A stretch of DNA of 64,000 bases, taken from positions 14,228,304 through 14,292,303 of the forward strand of contig CM082578.2 of assembly GCA_040954595.2 (NCBI GenBank), given 5' to 3'. Within the stretch, counting starts at the first letter, position 1; each line of letters starts with the position of its first letter. Both the position numbers and the translations under genes were made by a program. Of the stretch, positions 61,101 through 64,000 are shown piece after piece. The notes beneath the pieces are model-generated. The model made no database searches. It was not told the DNA's origin and saw only the letters and a list, made by a program, of their open reading frames with translations. The DNA comes from Balanoglossus misakiensis. Taxonomy: Eukaryota > Animalia > Hemichordata.

Positions 61101-63215
61101 CGTATAAACTCATTGCCTAGTCGTAGTCCAAGGAAGGAATCATTACAGCAGAGTGACGATGACAAGAAGGATCCCAGTCTCCATGCGTTAAGTGTGGATG
61201 ATCAGTATCTTAATGATGATAATGTCTTTCTTGAGAGTTACCCTGAGCAAATACCATATCACCATCAATGTAAGTGCATGCGTAGTTGCGGGTGTGTGAC
61301 AAAAACCCAAACAAATAGTGCAGTGCTAATATTTTTGCTTGTCTTGCGTGAGTTTTTTTTGCAAATTTTTGGTGTCTCTTTGGTGCTTTTTCTGATTGTT
61401 TTTCCCGTTTGTGTGTGTGTGTCATTCATTTCACTACAGCATTGTCCCTTATACTTACCAGCTTACCGGTCATTGCAAGTTTATTAAAACAGACTAGACC
61501 CATTCATTCACCAAAATGCATTCTCATACGTACCAGTCCTTAGCTCTCACCTTCTATTCCACATTCCTTTGTCTAGCCAAAAAAAAAGCTCATCTTCGGT
61601 TGTCTTTCCGGCAAAGAGCAGTTCTGAGATGTCAAAATAACAGTTTGGTCTTGAAATCAGGTTATTTGCAGTGTTGGTACGCAGGTTCAAAGTGAAAGTC
61701 AATGTCTTGATATAAATCGATGGCATACAGACAGTAATAGCTGATCACTCTCAGCGTGTCCAGTTGTAACGTTGGTGTGGTTGATACTAAACATCTCTAA
61801 AACCTAGCCGTCTTTATCTACAGGCAATGCTAGTATGGAATATGATGAGATTTTTACTGCAATGGAAGATGACACTTGTGTTCCATATCATCATCAGTGT
61901 AAGTGGGCCTATCTCTATGGTGACCATTTGCTGTTCCTTCATCATTCCATCATCATTCATCAACATCATAGAATCCAGTCTTTATCCATCTATTACAACT
62001 TACTAGTACAGTAGAAGTTTCTACCATCTTCTCACTCCTCTCCCACCTCTTCCTATCACTGTTTTTCTCTTACAGCTCTCATTTATTCCATTTTCTGTTT
62101 CTCCCATTTTCCACCAGTCTGTCCCCTTTCCACCACTCCTTTCACATGTCTCGCACATTTCCCCCGGAACCGATCTGACTGCATGCCGTGGTGTACATGT
62201 ACAGTGGAGTTGATCCGTCTTGTCTGTGCTATACAGGTGACATGGAGTCCTTGTGAGCTATTAATGCATGCACAGATGTGTGTCACTGTGATCTTGTAGC
62301 GGTTCTTAACTGTGTCTGTTTTCTTCTAGGTGTCGGCTAATGCATGACTCCATTTCTAATGATTATTAACAATGTTATGTTTTTACTCTGTACAATGTAA
62401 ACCACATCACACCACACCAGTGCACATAAACACTCAGAACAAACAGGAACACTTGCGTTTAATGTGATGCAGTTTGTAAGTTGTAATCTTGTGACTACTT
62501 GAACACATATGAATGTACACTTCATGAAGTACATATGTGATTTTTGTTTTTAGGGCATATCTTTCCTCTCACGTTCTTATAATCCTCATGATCCACATCT
62601 AATAATTGGTTCGATAAATGTCTGTCTTACAGGTAGTCATAGTAACACATTTTCCCCAATCACCTGTTTAATGTCACATGACCAACCAACAAGCACTAAT
62701 ACTACAATTTGTAACAGAGTAACTGCAACAGCACTTGTGTGTAGTATGTTTATAATTTTTTCACAGTGTTGTGTTGAGATCATTGTTATGTCATCATCGG
62801 ATATATTACTACAATGTAGTAACTAGTGATCGAGGTTGGATCAAGTGACTAGAGCTTATTAAATAAATGATTTTTAGCAAAGTTTTCAGAAAATTTCTTG
62901 AAAATGTATTTGTATATGATTTCTTGCAACTATTACTCTTTGACATGCAGGATTGGCATAATTAAATATCTGTTCTATTTGGTGTTACGGTACTCTGTAG
63001 AAGCAAAACATCATGTGCCAATACATATTGAAATGATCATTATGAAATAATTGATAACAACCGCAAAGATTTCACAGAGAGATCAGGCTGTCTCATGACT
63101 GTCCAGTTGGTCGAATTTGTTCATTCATTTATGTTTTTTACGTTGTTAGGTATTGCAGATAGTTTAGGTGATGATGGCGAAGATGATGATGATGATTTAC
63201 CATTTCATTTGAAGT
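52183..63215 (+). CDS. Protein with an N-terminal SH3 domain, 5' part (probably continues beyond the window); family not assigned
   Basis: Exon 52183-52353 reads MMDVFVAKYDYEKERDDVLSFKKGDKFEITHKPDDKWWAAKRIGDGSRGYVPALYLE, a canonical SH3 (YDY, LSFKKGD, WW, GYVP..Y). Phase-compatible candidate exons follow at 57798-58325 (Ser/Pro-rich), 59549-59612, 61057-61269, 61824-61898 and 63150-63215. The SH3 call is firm; the downstream exon chain is inferred. Confidence 0.65.
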
Positions 63216-64000
63216 GTAAGTCCTTCATATAACCACTGTATTCTCCTAACTGTTGTTGGCTAACCCACCTGTTTGTAAAATCAACCTAACCCTTATCCTA
63301 ACCTCTAACCTCTGACCTTGATGTAGTCTGCCATATATGCAGTGTGCTAGTGGCTAGTATGTTCTTTGCAATGCCAAATAAACTGTTTGGCAGAGGCAAG
63401 ATTGAGAAGCAAGCTGAATACAGTGTCATAGGCTACAATTATTTCTACTAAACTGAACGCTTGATGCTAGAGGGACTAACCACAAGTTAGAGTCTTTGCA
63501 GTTATACTTGATGCTTCTGTTTAATTGTGCCTTGCTTCTTTCTGTACACCCCTGTCTCTGACAAGTGGAACAATCCAATCATTTGCTGTGCTTGGACTGT
63601 TCCATGTTTACAAGGAATAAGGGGTTTGTACACAGATGAAAAAAGACAATACTAGTGTGTTTGTAAATAATGCAGTATGTATTTGTTGTATGTACATGTA
63701 GGTATGATACAGTGTCCGAGTCCTAGCTGTGATATTTGAATGTATACAAATAAGCATGTGTGTTGCCTACGTTTATCATTCATGCTTTTTTCATTTCTCG
63801 TAGCTTATCTTTTTCTGAAACCATTTCTTTTGAAATCCAGCCATATCATTGAGTGATCAGTACAACTTGGAGTGTAATTCATTGCTACAGGTTCCCATGC
63901 ATTGCTGCCATCATGGATTCACAGCTTGTTCAGACTACAAGCAGGCATTCGTCCACATTACCAAATGACACATACAGATTAAAGAACCGCAGATCTCCGT

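Noticed and set aside
63803-63860. Possible fourth PYH-motif exon (..CAG CCA TAT CAT TGA..)
   Set aside because: It has an in-frame stop, lacks the gtaagt donor and is out of frame with the nearby acceptor; at best a decayed copy.

Overview
AT-rich, intron-rich eukaryotic genomic DNA, probably from a marine invertebrate (the taxon cannot be fixed from sequence alone). All gene models were assembled by eye from GT-AG splice sites and reading-frame phase. In order: the 3' half of FAM50A/XAP5 (+); NIT1 nitrilase (-); a large multi-exon ANKRD26-like gene (+) head-to-head with NIT1; a compact 5-exon gene (+, 31784-33502) that the ORF track misses; an uninterrupted RBM15/spenito ORF (-); MAPKAPK2/3 (+) head-to-head with RBM15; and the 5' part of an N-terminal-SH3 gene (+) with a Ser/Pro-rich exon and tandem look-alike acidic exons. 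The best find is the 5-exon gene. It encodes a 196-aa precursor: signal peptide, BRICHOS domain, furin site RTKR, then a 31-aa four-cysteine beta-hairpin peptide. This is the architecture of polychaete BRICHOS antimicrobial-peptide precursors, but the peptide here is near neutral, and the promoter has a kB-like site, a GATA site and a TATA box. Also notable: an intronic element with a 184-nt hairpin whose mismatches are G.A or G.T, a candidate poison microexon with a nearby hairpin, a triple CRE cluster, a MITE, and RBM15-MAPKAPK linkage resembling human 3p21.
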